Assembly (NCBI GenBank): GCA_026391195.1
Contig: JAPLEI010000078.1
Span: 28,658-92,657 of the forward strand
Length of the DNA: 64,000 nucleotides
Reading direction: 5' to 3'
DNA from: Bacteroidota bacterium
GTDB taxonomy: Bacteria; Bacteroidota; Bacteroidia; Chitinophagales; Chitinophagaceae
Shown here piece by piece: positions 9,123 to 17,356 of this stretch. Each line of letters starts with the position of its first letter. Positions within the stretch are counted from its first letter, which is position 1. Made by a program: the position numbers and the translations under genes. The notes beneath the pieces are model-generated. The model worked only from the letters and a program-made list of their open reading frames with translations. It made no database searches and was not told where the DNA came from.

Positions 9123-10133
9123 TTACCACCAGTGAATGCGATTGTAATTATTGGTAGTAATTGTTTTGGGTAAATTTCTGGCTACTTCAATGGCAATTTG
9201 CCGGAAGTTTTCGGTTCTTATTTTCGACAATTCATATTCCCTTGCGGCATCTTCCCGGGCGTATTGCATCAATTGATTTTCGCGGGCTACCTGATCGTTG
9301 TATTGTTTTACTTTCAGTTCCCAGGCGGCTCTTTCATCGGCAGCAATTTTATCGCTCATACTTTTCAGCATCTCATTAACCTGCGGCATACAGGCAGCAG
9401 CTGGATGAATAGACAGTAGGGTATTGCTAGCAGTTTGTGCACCTGAGTAAGAAGGATTTGCGGCCCACTCTCCTTTCGCACGGGTAAGCTTTTGATTACA
9501 TTCTGCATCAATTTTTTGTTTAAAATACACGGCCATTTTCAATTGGCAACGAGTATAGCAATCTTTCGAAACATCTGGAACAGCGGCTAGTTCGTAAATA
9601 GCTTGGTCGTATTTACTTTGTGCGGCCAGTGAGGCAGCTTTTTCTTCAATAAGGGCACATTTGGCAATATAGTAATCCATGATTTTCTGCTTTCCTTCTT
9701 GCATAAATTTTTCAAGCTGCGCATTTTTAGTGGGGATGTTTTTAAACCCATCAATGAATGCTTTATTTTCATTGGTGCCCACGCCTTTTATGGTCATGTT
9801 GAGCGAAGTGAAAGAAAGATTTTCTATTCCATCTCCGATATATAGGGTAATGCTCATGGTTTGTGCAATCATAGCGGGCGGACCAGCAACCACATCTTTC
9901 GTAAAAAGACCCACATTTGCCGTAATTACAAATCGGGGTCTGTAAGCACTGCTGCCCATAGCATATTGTGTGGCGATGATGCTCAGTTTATTTTCTAAAA
10001 TTGCTTTGGCTTCAGCGGGTATTTTTAAATCATCCGATACATAGGTATTGAGGGCGATGCGGCCCAGATCGTCGGATTGGGCGGAAGCCAATAAGGAGGC
10101 GGACAAACAGAGGGCAAGCAGAAAAGATTTCAT
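9123..10133 (-). CDS. secreted hypothetical protein with an alpha/beta N-domain and a C-terminal helical/coiled-coil region
   Basis: Signal peptide MKSFLLALCLSASLLASAQ starts at the ATG at 10133. The start is 5 nt after the stop of the upstream gene. The C-terminus is rich in heptad-like charged repeats. Confidence 0.6.
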   Translation of the reverse strand: MKSFLLALCLSASLLASAQSDDLGRIALNTYVSDDLKIPAEAKAILENKLSIIATQYAMGSSAYRPRFVITANVGLFTKDVVAGPPAMIAQTMSITLYIGDGIENLSFTSLNMTIKGVGTNENKAFIDGFKNIPTKNAQLEKFMQEGKQKIMDYYIAKCALIEEKAASLAAQSKYDQAIYELAAVPDVSKDCYTRCQLKMAVYFKQKIDAECNQKLTRAKGEWAANPSYSGAQTASNTLLSIHPAAACMPQVNEMLKSMSDKIAADERAAWELKVKQYNDQVARENQLMQYAREDAAREYELSKIRTENFRQIAIEVARNLPKTITTNNYNRIHWW

Positions 10134-10137
10134 GTGC

Positions 10138-10629
10138 TTATTTTTTCTTTTTAATTTTTTCCAGTTCCCGTAAATAAATAAAAACTTTTTTATCGGGTTC
10201 GTTTTCATCGGTAAACATGGATATAAGTTCCAGTGCATCTACATAGCCGATGGACGATTCTTTTATCACTTCTGAAATTTCGCTTACGGAACTGCCATTT
10301 TTTTTAGAAGTAGTGGCGGTGGTGGTAACAATCGATTCAACGGAGATATACGAGCCATTCAAAAACTGATTCACCTGTGCCTTCGCTTTCACTTCAGCTA
10401 CCCGGTTCATAGCGCTTTCGGAAGAGTTGCTGCTGGCACTCAACTTTACCAGGGATATCAGGTATTTGTTTTCGTAATCGAGAAAAACTTTCACGCCGGT
10501 AAAGGGTTCGCTTTTATACATGCGCACAATAAAATTACTGAGCGCTGTTTTTTCGGCATTATACGATTGACTGAAGGTGCTCGTGTGAAAGGAGCCAACA
10601 ATCATCAGTACTAGGATAATTTTTTTCAT
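10138..10629 (-). CDS. secreted hypothetical protein, LPP20-lipoprotein-like
   Basis: 163 aa with the signal peptide MKKIILVLMIVGSFHTSTFSQ. The segment NRVAEVKAKAQVNQFLNGSYISVESIV resembles the LPP20 family (from memory). Confidence 0.55.
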   Translation of the reverse strand: MKKIILVLMIVGSFHTSTFSQSYNAEKTALSNFIVRMYKSEPFTGVKVFLDYENKYLISLVKLSASSNSSESAMNRVAEVKAKAQVNQFLNGSYISVESIVTTTATTSKKNGSSVSEISEVIKESSIGYVDALELISMFTDENEPDKKVFIYLRELEKIKKKK

Positions 10630-10680
10630 ACACCAACTATCATTTAACCAAGGGGAATTCGGCCTAGCTATTGAATAAAT

Positions 10681-11637
10681 TTATTTTTCACCCAATACCA
10701 GCATGGCTTCACCGAGGCCGCGGGTCATCAATTTTGAGGTAATGTTAAAGGGGGCTGCTTTCAGATATTTTTGCAGTCCTCTCACAAAATCCCGCGCATC
10801 CATCGCATCTCCCGATTCATTAAAAAGGGGTATGCGAACTTGCTCATATAAAATATACGACTCTGAATTGTCGGTGGTGTTGAAGTTGCCCTTTACGGTG
10901 TTGCTTTTCATCCATCCGGCTATGTATTCATTCAGCTCTTTGCCATTAAATTCTTCTTCTAGGTCTTTCCCCCAGTTTTTCCAAGTTTTTATTTTTACAA
11001 TTACTTCCCGGCCATTCTTCTTCATGTCGTTGAAGTAATTATCTATTTGCGAATTGAATAAAGAGAAATTATCTTTTACTGCTTTTAGAAGTAAATCGGG
11101 AACAAATTTATCGGAGGCCTTGCTGTTGCCGGTGGAGGATGCGATACGTTTGCCAGTATAGGCATCGAATGCATCTAGGGTATAGCGGATAACATTACCG
11201 CCACCATTGCTATTCACTTCCCACCAGAGTTGCAAAATAATGTCTGATTTTGCTCTTTTTTTCAGTTTATCTAGGGGCGATTCACTCAGGTCGGATCCCG
11301 AGCTGCTGCTGCTGGTAACATTATCTTCGGCAGATACTTGTTCTAGTTTTTTTAATTCCTGTTCGGCATCTTTTAAGGTATATCCTTCGCTCAGCATAAA
11401 GGCACCGAGTTTGGCAATTACCTGTGCCAGTTCAGTATCTTCCTGAAAGGCTTGTTTGTAGTTGGGAATTTTTTTCTGTGTTCCCTGATCGTTATACTGC
11501 GTGATAAAAAAACGCTGATTGCACCAGTTATCACTGGGAAGAATCATCAGGGTAGGCTTCTTGGGCTGCGCGAGGGAAGTAAGTGATGCAGCCAGCATTA
11601 CCAATAGAAATAAAATCCGGCACTTGAATATTTGCAT
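10681..11637 (-). CDS. secreted hypothetical protein, DUF6175-like
   Basis: 318 aa. The signal peptide is followed by PKKPTLMILPSDNWC, an N-terminal signature I associate with Bacteroidota DUF6175. There is an internal Ser-rich linker (SSSSSGSD). Confidence 0.55.
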   Translation of the reverse strand: MQIFKCRILFLLVMLAASLTSLAQPKKPTLMILPSDNWCNQRFFITQYNDQGTQKKIPNYKQAFQEDTELAQVIAKLGAFMLSEGYTLKDAEQELKKLEQVSAEDNVTSSSSSGSDLSESPLDKLKKRAKSDIILQLWWEVNSNGGGNVIRYTLDAFDAYTGKRIASSTGNSKASDKFVPDLLLKAVKDNFSLFNSQIDNYFNDMKKNGREVIVKIKTWKNWGKDLEEEFNGKELNEYIAGWMKSNTVKGNFNTTDNSESYILYEQVRIPLFNESGDAMDARDFVRGLQKYLKAAPFNITSKLMTRGLGEAMLVLGEK

Positions 11638-12078
11638 AAAAAAGAGATTAATATGAAACGGCGGATAGCGAATAGAATCGTTTATATGCCGTGTTTCGGG
11701 TGGTTTGAATGAAAGGGAGCCCTACTTCTTTTATTGAAAGGATTTTTGGGCTGCCTTCTTACCGGCTGAAGTTGATAAGGGGGAATGCCCCATTTGCCGG
11801 TGAAAATACCGGTATGGTTTTCCGGAAAAACGGAAATAAGATTTTGTATAAGGGAAAGAAAATTACGAATAACCGAAATAAGGCGGGAAATACCCGGATG
11901 GATAAATGGATTCATGGGATTTGGATATGGGCCAATCAGTTGCTGAAAAATTCAGTTTCTGTTGAGAAGATAAAATTATTTGATTTCTTTGGTTGGAAGA
12001 GTATTTTAACATTTTGTATAAGAATGCATAATTTCTGTATTTTCTTCCCTTTTTTTGTAAAATTGTAGTCGTTCACCA

Positions 12079-13350
12079 ATGACTATATGTAAAATGTTTT
12101 TAATTACTAGTAAAAGAAGCATACGCTTTTTTGTGATGGGGTTTACGGGATGTTTATTGCTTTCCTGCGGCTTCAAAGCCCGAAATGTTTTGATGGTGCC
12201 CAGGATGGATGAGACAGGGGTAATCAAATTATATTACGATCGGGAGGGATATCTCTATCCGCCGGAGGCACATGTTACGCCCCATTATTTTTATTTATTG
12301 CATCAGCGGGGTGCCGTAAAGAATCAGGATAATCCGGAGTTTGCTACTATTGAGTATGCACTTCGGAAGAATGATTCGCTTAACAACTCCTATATACGTC
12401 AGCGATATAATGTGTCTGGTGCAGATTCAAGTGAGCGGTTTTTTATCCGATTGCAAAATGTGTTGCGAAGCAATGCGATAGACCGGGTGAATGAGATGTT
12501 GAAGAAGAGGTCGACCAACGAGCTGGTTATCTTAATTCATGGATTTAATGATCCGGATCCGGATGCTTATTATTTTTCGTTGCGGAGAAACATCAATGCT
12601 TACTTACAACATCCACCGGCCTATATAGAAGTATATTGGGATGGATTAACTGCATTGGGTTCGGGAACTGCAGCTCCATTTATCTGGCAAAGGGCAAGGT
12701 TAAATTCAGCCAAAGTAGGTTTGGGGTTGCGGAGTTTACTAGAGGGAGTAGATAAAAATGTGCGCTTAACTTTTTTAACGCACAGTTTAGGCGCCAGTGT
12801 TGCTGCTCATACCTTATTTAATCCCGATGTTTGGCCGCAGCAATTTCAAGAGAAATTAGAAAAGAACTATCAGTCCACCGAAATTCCCACACCGGCACAG
12901 TCCAATATACTTTTAGGCATGCTGGCTCCGGCTATCAGTGGAACAGAGATTTTTGATGATATTCAGCATACAGTTCCTGAAAGGGCCAAGCTGAATTTGA
13001 AAAGAGTAGTAGTGGGATTCGATCGATATGATTTTGCGGTAACCAAAGGAGGCTTGTTTCCCAAGATGTTTGGAAATACTGCCCTGGGTGCGGATGCCGG
13101 TGGAGAGGTACAGAAAACCCAGCGGATTATTCAGGAGCGAATGCCCGAGGCAAAGTGCGAGGCGGTTGATTTTTCTTATAATTTGCCCGATTCAGTTCGG
13201 ATTCGATTGGATAAGAAATCACTGAAAAAATATCGGCAATCGGAACATGCTATTTTGTTTTACGAGAGCAACCCTCATTTCCCGATTTTTTTAGAAGCCT
13301 TGTTTGGAAAAAATTATCCCGATGCTTCTAAATTACGGCCAGTTCAATAA
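12079..13350 (+). CDS. alpha/beta hydrolase lipoprotein (DUF900-like)
   Basis: Lipobox LLLSCG. It has LVILIHGFND and the nucleophile elbow THSLGAS. Confidence 0.65.
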   Translation: MTICKMFLITSKRSIRFFVMGFTGCLLLSCGFKARNVLMVPRMDETGVIKLYYDREGYLYPPEAHVTPHYFYLLHQRGAVKNQDNPEFATIEYALRKNDSLNNSYIRQRYNVSGADSSERFFIRLQNVLRSNAIDRVNEMLKKRSTNELVILIHGFNDPDPDAYYFSLRRNINAYLQHPPAYIEVYWDGLTALGSGTAAPFIWQRARLNSAKVGLGLRSLLEGVDKNVRLTFLTHSLGASVAAHTLFNPDVWPQQFQEKLEKNYQSTEIPTPAQSNILLGMLAPAISGTEIFDDIQHTVPERAKLNLKRVVVGFDRYDFAVTKGGLFPKMFGNTALGADAGGEVQKTQRIIQERMPEAKCEAVDFSYNLPDSVRIRLDKKSLKKYRQSEHAILFYESNPHFPIFLEALFGKNYPDASKLRPVQ

Positions 13351-14356
13351 CCCGGTTCCAAACACTTGCATCTGCCGGAATTCCCAACTGCCGATTTTCT
13401 TTTCTGTTCCGTAAAGATTGCTCACCCGGATATAATATCTCAGTAACTTCTTCGGCGGGCATGGCTGATTTGATTTGTTGAATCGTATCTTGAATAGCGT
13501 TTTTTACAAAATCCGAACTGGTTATTTGTAGTGGGTCAAAAGCCATAAATACTTGGCAGCAAGCAGCACAACTACCCTGTTCTAGCCGGTCGATGGCGGC
13601 GGTATGATTACCGCCCGAAAGAAGGGTAGCCATCAAGTCTATCAGAATAGCCATGCCCGATCCTTTCCATAATCCGGTGGGCAAGATTCTTCTGCTTTCT
13701 TCAATAGATGCGGGATCGCAGGTGAGTGCTCCATCGGTTGTAAATCCCCCATCGTAAGGCAGCTGTTGATCAGCCAGTCGTTTCACTTGTAATTTACCGT
13801 ACGAGTATTGCGACATGGCCATATCTAGCACAATGTGTTGACCGTTTGCTGCAGGGACTGCCATTATAAAAGGGTTGTTGCCGATGGCACCGGAGCGAGC
13901 ACCCCAGGGGGGCATACAAGTTTCGGTATTGGTAAAGCAGATAGCAAGCATGCCTTTTTCGGCCGCCTGCCAACCGTAGGTACCTCCGCGCATCCAATGG
14001 GTGGTATTGCGCAAGCTAACCATGCCCATACCATTTGTTTTGGCTAGGTCGGTTGCCCGGTTCATCGCAAAAATGGCATTGGTAATACCCGGCCCCATTT
14101 CTCCATCATATATTTCCCAAGCTGCAAGGGAGGTTTGTAATTGTGCTTTTCCTTGGGGGTTAATCCATCCGCGATGCAGGTAATCTACAAAGCGTTCTAC
14201 CCGATTGAGTCCGTGCGAAAAAACACCATCACAGCTCGATTCGGTATGAATGCGGGCACAGGTTGCTGCCGTGTTTTCGGGAAGTCCGGCTTTAATAAAT
14301 GCCCGGCAAATGGTTTGCTCCATTTCCTCAAAAGGAATTCGTAACATGGGGTACAT
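13328..14356 (-). CDS. dlgD: Ldh_2-family 2,3-diketo-L-gulonate reductase (YiaK/DlgD-like)
   Basis: Strong similarity to my recollection of E. coli YiaK along the whole length. Examples are RNTTHWMRGGTYGWQAAEKG, MPPWGARSGAIGNNP and RILPTGLWKGSGMAILIDLMATLLSGG. Confidence 0.75.
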   Translation of the reverse strand: MYPMLRIPFEEMEQTICRAFIKAGLPENTAATCARIHTESSCDGVFSHGLNRVERFVDYLHRGWINPQGKAQLQTSLAAWEIYDGEMGPGITNAIFAMNRATDLAKTNGMGMVSLRNTTHWMRGGTYGWQAAEKGMLAICFTNTETCMPPWGARSGAIGNNPFIMAVPAANGQHIVLDMAMSQYSYGKLQVKRLADQQLPYDGGFTTDGALTCDPASIEESRRILPTGLWKGSGMAILIDLMATLLSGGNHTAAIDRLEQGSCAACCQVFMAFDPLQITSSDFVKNAIQDTIQQIKSAMPAEEVTEILYPGEQSLRNRKENRQLGIPADASVWNRVIELAVI

Positions 14357-14469
14357 TGTTTAGTTGAGTAGGTAGCTGCAAGTTGTGCATTGCAGATATC
14401 CGCAACAAAATAAGCGATTGAATTGATTTTCTGTAAAACACCTGTTTGTTATTTCGCAGGCGTACCCGG

Positions 14470-15480
14470 CTAATTATTTTTTTCTTCCAGTAATACGGAA
14501 ATAGTATCCAGTAACTGAAAAGCGGTTTCGGCCATCAGATTGCCTTTATTATCGAGCAGGGGATTGATTTCGGCCAGTTCTAGGCAAGCCACCGGAAGCA
14601 ATTCAAATAAACGGCTGAGTATATCGGAAATTTCTTTGGGCATAAACCCAACCGGAACGGGCGTGCCAGTTCCGTAAGAAACTTGTTCGCAATCCATACT
14701 GTCTACATCAAAAGAAATATACACGGCATCACAATGTTGTAATAAGGCTTGGGTTTGTTCAACGCATTGGCGAATACCTTTTTCCCGAACCTGTGCAACC
14801 GTAAATACGGAGATATTCTTTTCGGCAATCACACTGGCTTCGGCTGATTCATAATCGCGCAGACCAAAATATACAAGGTGTTCTGACAATAACTTAGCTC
14901 CCGGTGCGCCTATGTTTTTTAATCTTTCCCAATGCTGCTGGGTTTCAGTGCCTGGCTCGTTTACCTGACAGGCAATATTGTCTTCCGAAATGGCTGCTGC
15001 CAATGGCATGCCATGAATATTTCCGGAAGGGGAAGTGAAGGGCGAGTGTAGGTCGGCATGAGCATCTATCCAAATAACCCCGATAGTTTTTTCGGGGAAG
15101 GCAGCTTTAATGCCACTAATAGTTCCCAAGGCAGAGGAATGGTCGCCTGATAAAACGATGGGGAAATAGCCCTTTTGAAGGGAAACTTTTACTGTAGCGG
15201 CTACCCGTTCGCACTGTTCGGCCACATGTTCAATTCTTTTTGCAAACGTGTTGTTGTTCTTATTATAGATGGTTTCATTGCGGGTGAGTACATCTATGTA
15301 TTTATTTCGGTTAAAATAATCATTGCCCGAGTTGATGGCAGCTATTTCCAATGCATCAATACCCAAATCAGAACCTCTTGTACCTGCTCCGATGTCGGAA
15401 CGGTTTTTTATCAATTGGATGGTCATATCCAAAGGTACAACCGGCATACTAAGTAAAGAAATGTCTGTTGTTAAATTCAT
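14470..15480 (-). CDS. rocF: arginase (ureohydrolase family)
   Basis: Motifs SGDHSSALGTISG, IWIDAHADLHSP...SGNIHGMPLAAA and SFDVDSMD. The true start may be the ATG at 15426 (MTIQLIK). Confidence 0.75.
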   Translation of the reverse strand: MNLTTDISLLSMPVVPLDMTIQLIKNRSDIGAGTRGSDLGIDALEIAAINSGNDYFNRNKYIDVLTRNETIYNKNNNTFAKRIEHVAEQCERVAATVKVSLQKGYFPIVLSGDHSSALGTISGIKAAFPEKTIGVIWIDAHADLHSPFTSPSGNIHGMPLAAAISEDNIACQVNEPGTETQQHWERLKNIGAPGAKLLSEHLVYFGLRDYESAEASVIAEKNISVFTVAQVREKGIRQCVEQTQALLQHCDAVYISFDVDSMDCEQVSYGTGTPVPVGFMPKEISDILSRLFELLPVACLELAEINPLLDNKGNLMAETAFQLLDTISVLLEEKNN

Positions 15481-15570
15481 ATCAACTTATAGTAAAGCAA
15501 CTGTTTGTTTGGCCCATCATTGGGGAGCCGCCGATTATTCTTTTATAGAGTATTGATTGGCAGATGTTTA

Positions 15571-15780
15571 GATTAGAGCGCTCTGATGCATGGGGGGAGG
15601 CTACGCCTCATTATCAACGGATTAAAATCCGTTGGTGTGATATGGGGCGAGGCTACGCCTCTTTTTTTTGGGGATTAGAATCTGATGTTATGATGTATTC
15701 GAAGGGTATGCCTCATTATCAACGGATTAAAATCCGTTGGTGTAATATGGGGGGAGGCTACGCCTCTTTTTAGGGGAGAA
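15571..15780. repeat. tandem ~102-bp intergenic repeat (about 2.1 copies) built from nested palindromes
   Basis: Unit A spans 15571-15669 and unit B spans 15673-15771. The 13-nt palindrome GAGGCTACGCCTC occurs at 15597, 15649 and 15754. The 20-nt palindrome CAACGGATTAAAATCCGTTG occurs at 15615 and 15720. Each unit ends in a T-run. Confidence 0.85.
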
Positions 15781-15888
15781 CCGTTTTTTATTACATCGTA
15801 TAGTAGCCCGATTAAAAACAACTGCTACAGGATTATCTCGGATAGCAATCGATGATATAAATAATAAAATCGGCTGGAACCGGGGGAG

Positions 15889-16269
15889 TTACATCCAATT
15901 TAGCAGGTATTTTTTATAGGCTGCCCGCAAATCGGCAATGATTCTCTCCAGCTGATGTACTTCTTCACCAATGTTTTCATTCTCGGCTACCAGTCTTACA
16001 TCTACTCTGCCCGCATGAATTTTTGCTTCGTCGGTTGCCAGATGATGATTTTGTAAGATACGGTTTCTGAGTTCATCGATATTTTTTCTTTGAATAAGAA
16101 ACTGGTTCTGAAAATGTTCAGCTTCCGATAGGGCTTCATGGGAAGTGTTTTTATTAACTACTTCGCTTAGCAGTTTTTCTAAAAATTGAATTTCCTGTAA
16201 GTAAAAATCCAACAGGTGTTGTAATTCGCGGGGTTTATTTGTTAGGTGAGAAGCGGCTGTGTAAGACAT
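15889..16269 (-). CDS. hypothetical all-helical protein
   Basis: 126 aa from the ATG at 16269. It has a coiled-coil-like composition and no recognisable motif. Confidence 0.45.
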   Translation of the reverse strand: MSYTAASHLTNKPRELQHLLDFYLQEIQFLEKLLSEVVNKNTSHEALSEAEHFQNQFLIQRKNIDELRNRILQNHHLATDEAKIHAGRVDVRLVAENENIGEEVHQLERIIADLRAAYKKYLLNWM

Positions 16270-16411
16270 ATACTTTGTTTTAAGTGAAAGAATGTATGCT
16301 GATAACAAAGCTAAATAGGCAGTTAGCAGAAAAAAATGACATTTATCAGTTATATACTGAAAAGGAAGAAATCACAAATCAAGTAACTTTACCCTTATTA
16401 AACTTACTATT

Positions 16412-16720
16412 ATGCGCATACGAAAGCTATTCGGGTTCCTGTTATTGATTGGCGCATTATCTGCTTGCATGCAAAAACAGCCGGTGGAGGATGTGCCCGA
16501 CAAGTTGAAAAAAACCATGAAACAGTTTTTAGAGCAATCTGCCCAGGGGAATAGAACTGGAACGCAGTTTACAGTGGAGGAAGTGGCCTATTATGCTGGT
16601 CCGGAGTTTTATGACTGTGAATTCACGGTTAGGATGAAGCGTTTGGCGGGCACAGATACTACCGGACAGATGCTGGCGCGCATCAAAAAGGATTATTCTT
16701 CGGTTTTACGAAAATATTAG
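16412..16720 (+). CDS. small hypothetical lipoprotein
   Basis: 102 aa with the lipobox LIGALSAC. Confidence 0.5.
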   Translation: MRIRKLFGFLLLIGALSACMQKQPVEDVPDKLKKTMKQFLEQSAQGNRTGTQFTVEEVAYYAGPEFYDCEFTVRMKRLAGTDTTGQMLARIKKDYSSVLRKY

Positions 16721-16735
16721 TGCCGGTTGGGTGGG

Positions 16736-17161
16736 TTATTTTTTATGACCGGTTATTTCAGCTGTAAATAGGAATCGATGGGTATTGGGTATCGTGTTGG
16801 CAGATACCTGGATGCTTTTTCTTACCCATCCGGTAACGGATAGTTGGGTAAAAAAGGCTACCCGGATGCTATCGGTTTGTCCGGGCAGAATGGGATGGCC
16901 AGGGCCTTTCGCCTGTAAACAACTACATCCCCCATCAGCTGCTGATATTATAAGGGGTGCGTTTCCAGAGTTGGTAAAGGGGAAATAGAGTATGGCAGTG
17001 TCGCCCATTGGAATTTTACCCAGATCCTTACTGGTGCTTTTCCAGGTTATTAGGGCTGGCTTTAGGGTAGGTGCAATTTCGGCGGGTTGCTTGGGGGCAT
17101 TACAGCCCACGAAGGCATGAAATACAACACATAGTAACGATGCCGGCAACCACTTTTTCAT
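16736..17161 (-). CDS. DUF1573 domain lipoprotein
   Basis: Lipobox FVGC. The Ig-like domain carries the DUF1573-typical GGCSC motif. Confidence 0.7.
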   Translation of the reverse strand: MKKWLPASLLCVVFHAFVGCNAPKQPAEIAPTLKPALITWKSTSKDLGKIPMGDTAILYFPFTNSGNAPLIISAADGGCSCLQAKGPGHPILPGQTDSIRVAFFTQLSVTGWVRKSIQVSANTIPNTHRFLFTAEITGHKK

Positions 17162-17210
17162 AAAGATAATTTATGGGTACAATAGTATTATTTTATTCGG
17201 AAAGCGGGTA

Positions 17211-17264
17211 ATTGTTGAAAAATTGTTGACAATTATATTTTAAATATATTAGAAAATCAACAAT
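17211..17264. promoter_or_regulatory. candidate operator cluster upstream of susC-like gene
   Basis: ATTGTTGA occurs at 17211-17218 and 17222-17229 as direct repeats. Its inverse TCAACAAT occurs at 17257-17264. AATTGT-tg-ACAATT is a palindrome at 17221-17234. The cluster lies about 100-150 nt upstream of the start at 17357. Confidence 0.3.
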
Positions 17265-17356
17265 ATATAAATTAAAATAAAAAATATTTAACTTTCTTGG
17301 CACACCGTGTTAAGATTTTATTAAATTAGTGTCTTATTCTTAATAAACTAACTGCT

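Noticed and set aside
11682-12068. 77-aa (minus) and 119-aa (plus) ORFs in the 11.6-12.1 kb intergenic region
   Set aside because: They overlap each other and have low-complexity, Lys/Asn/Phe-rich translations with no signal or motif. The region is better explained as non-coding regulatory DNA.
13328-13350. 23-nt 3'-end overlap of convergent genes (also a 4-nt overlap at 58581-58584)
   Set aside because: Short convergent overlaps are common in compact bacterial genomes. I saw no additional structure.
15564-15773. 69-aa ORF with the internal repeat PHYQRIKIRWC[D/N]MG[R/G]GYASF
   Set aside because: It is simply the translation of the tandem palindromic DNA repeat. It has no plausible start context, and the periodicity is at DNA level (a ~102-bp unit that includes T-runs).
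15571-15780. Possible CRISPR array
   Set aside because: There are only about 2 copies of a ~100-bp unit with no short-repeat/unique-spacer periodicity. No cas genes are in the window.
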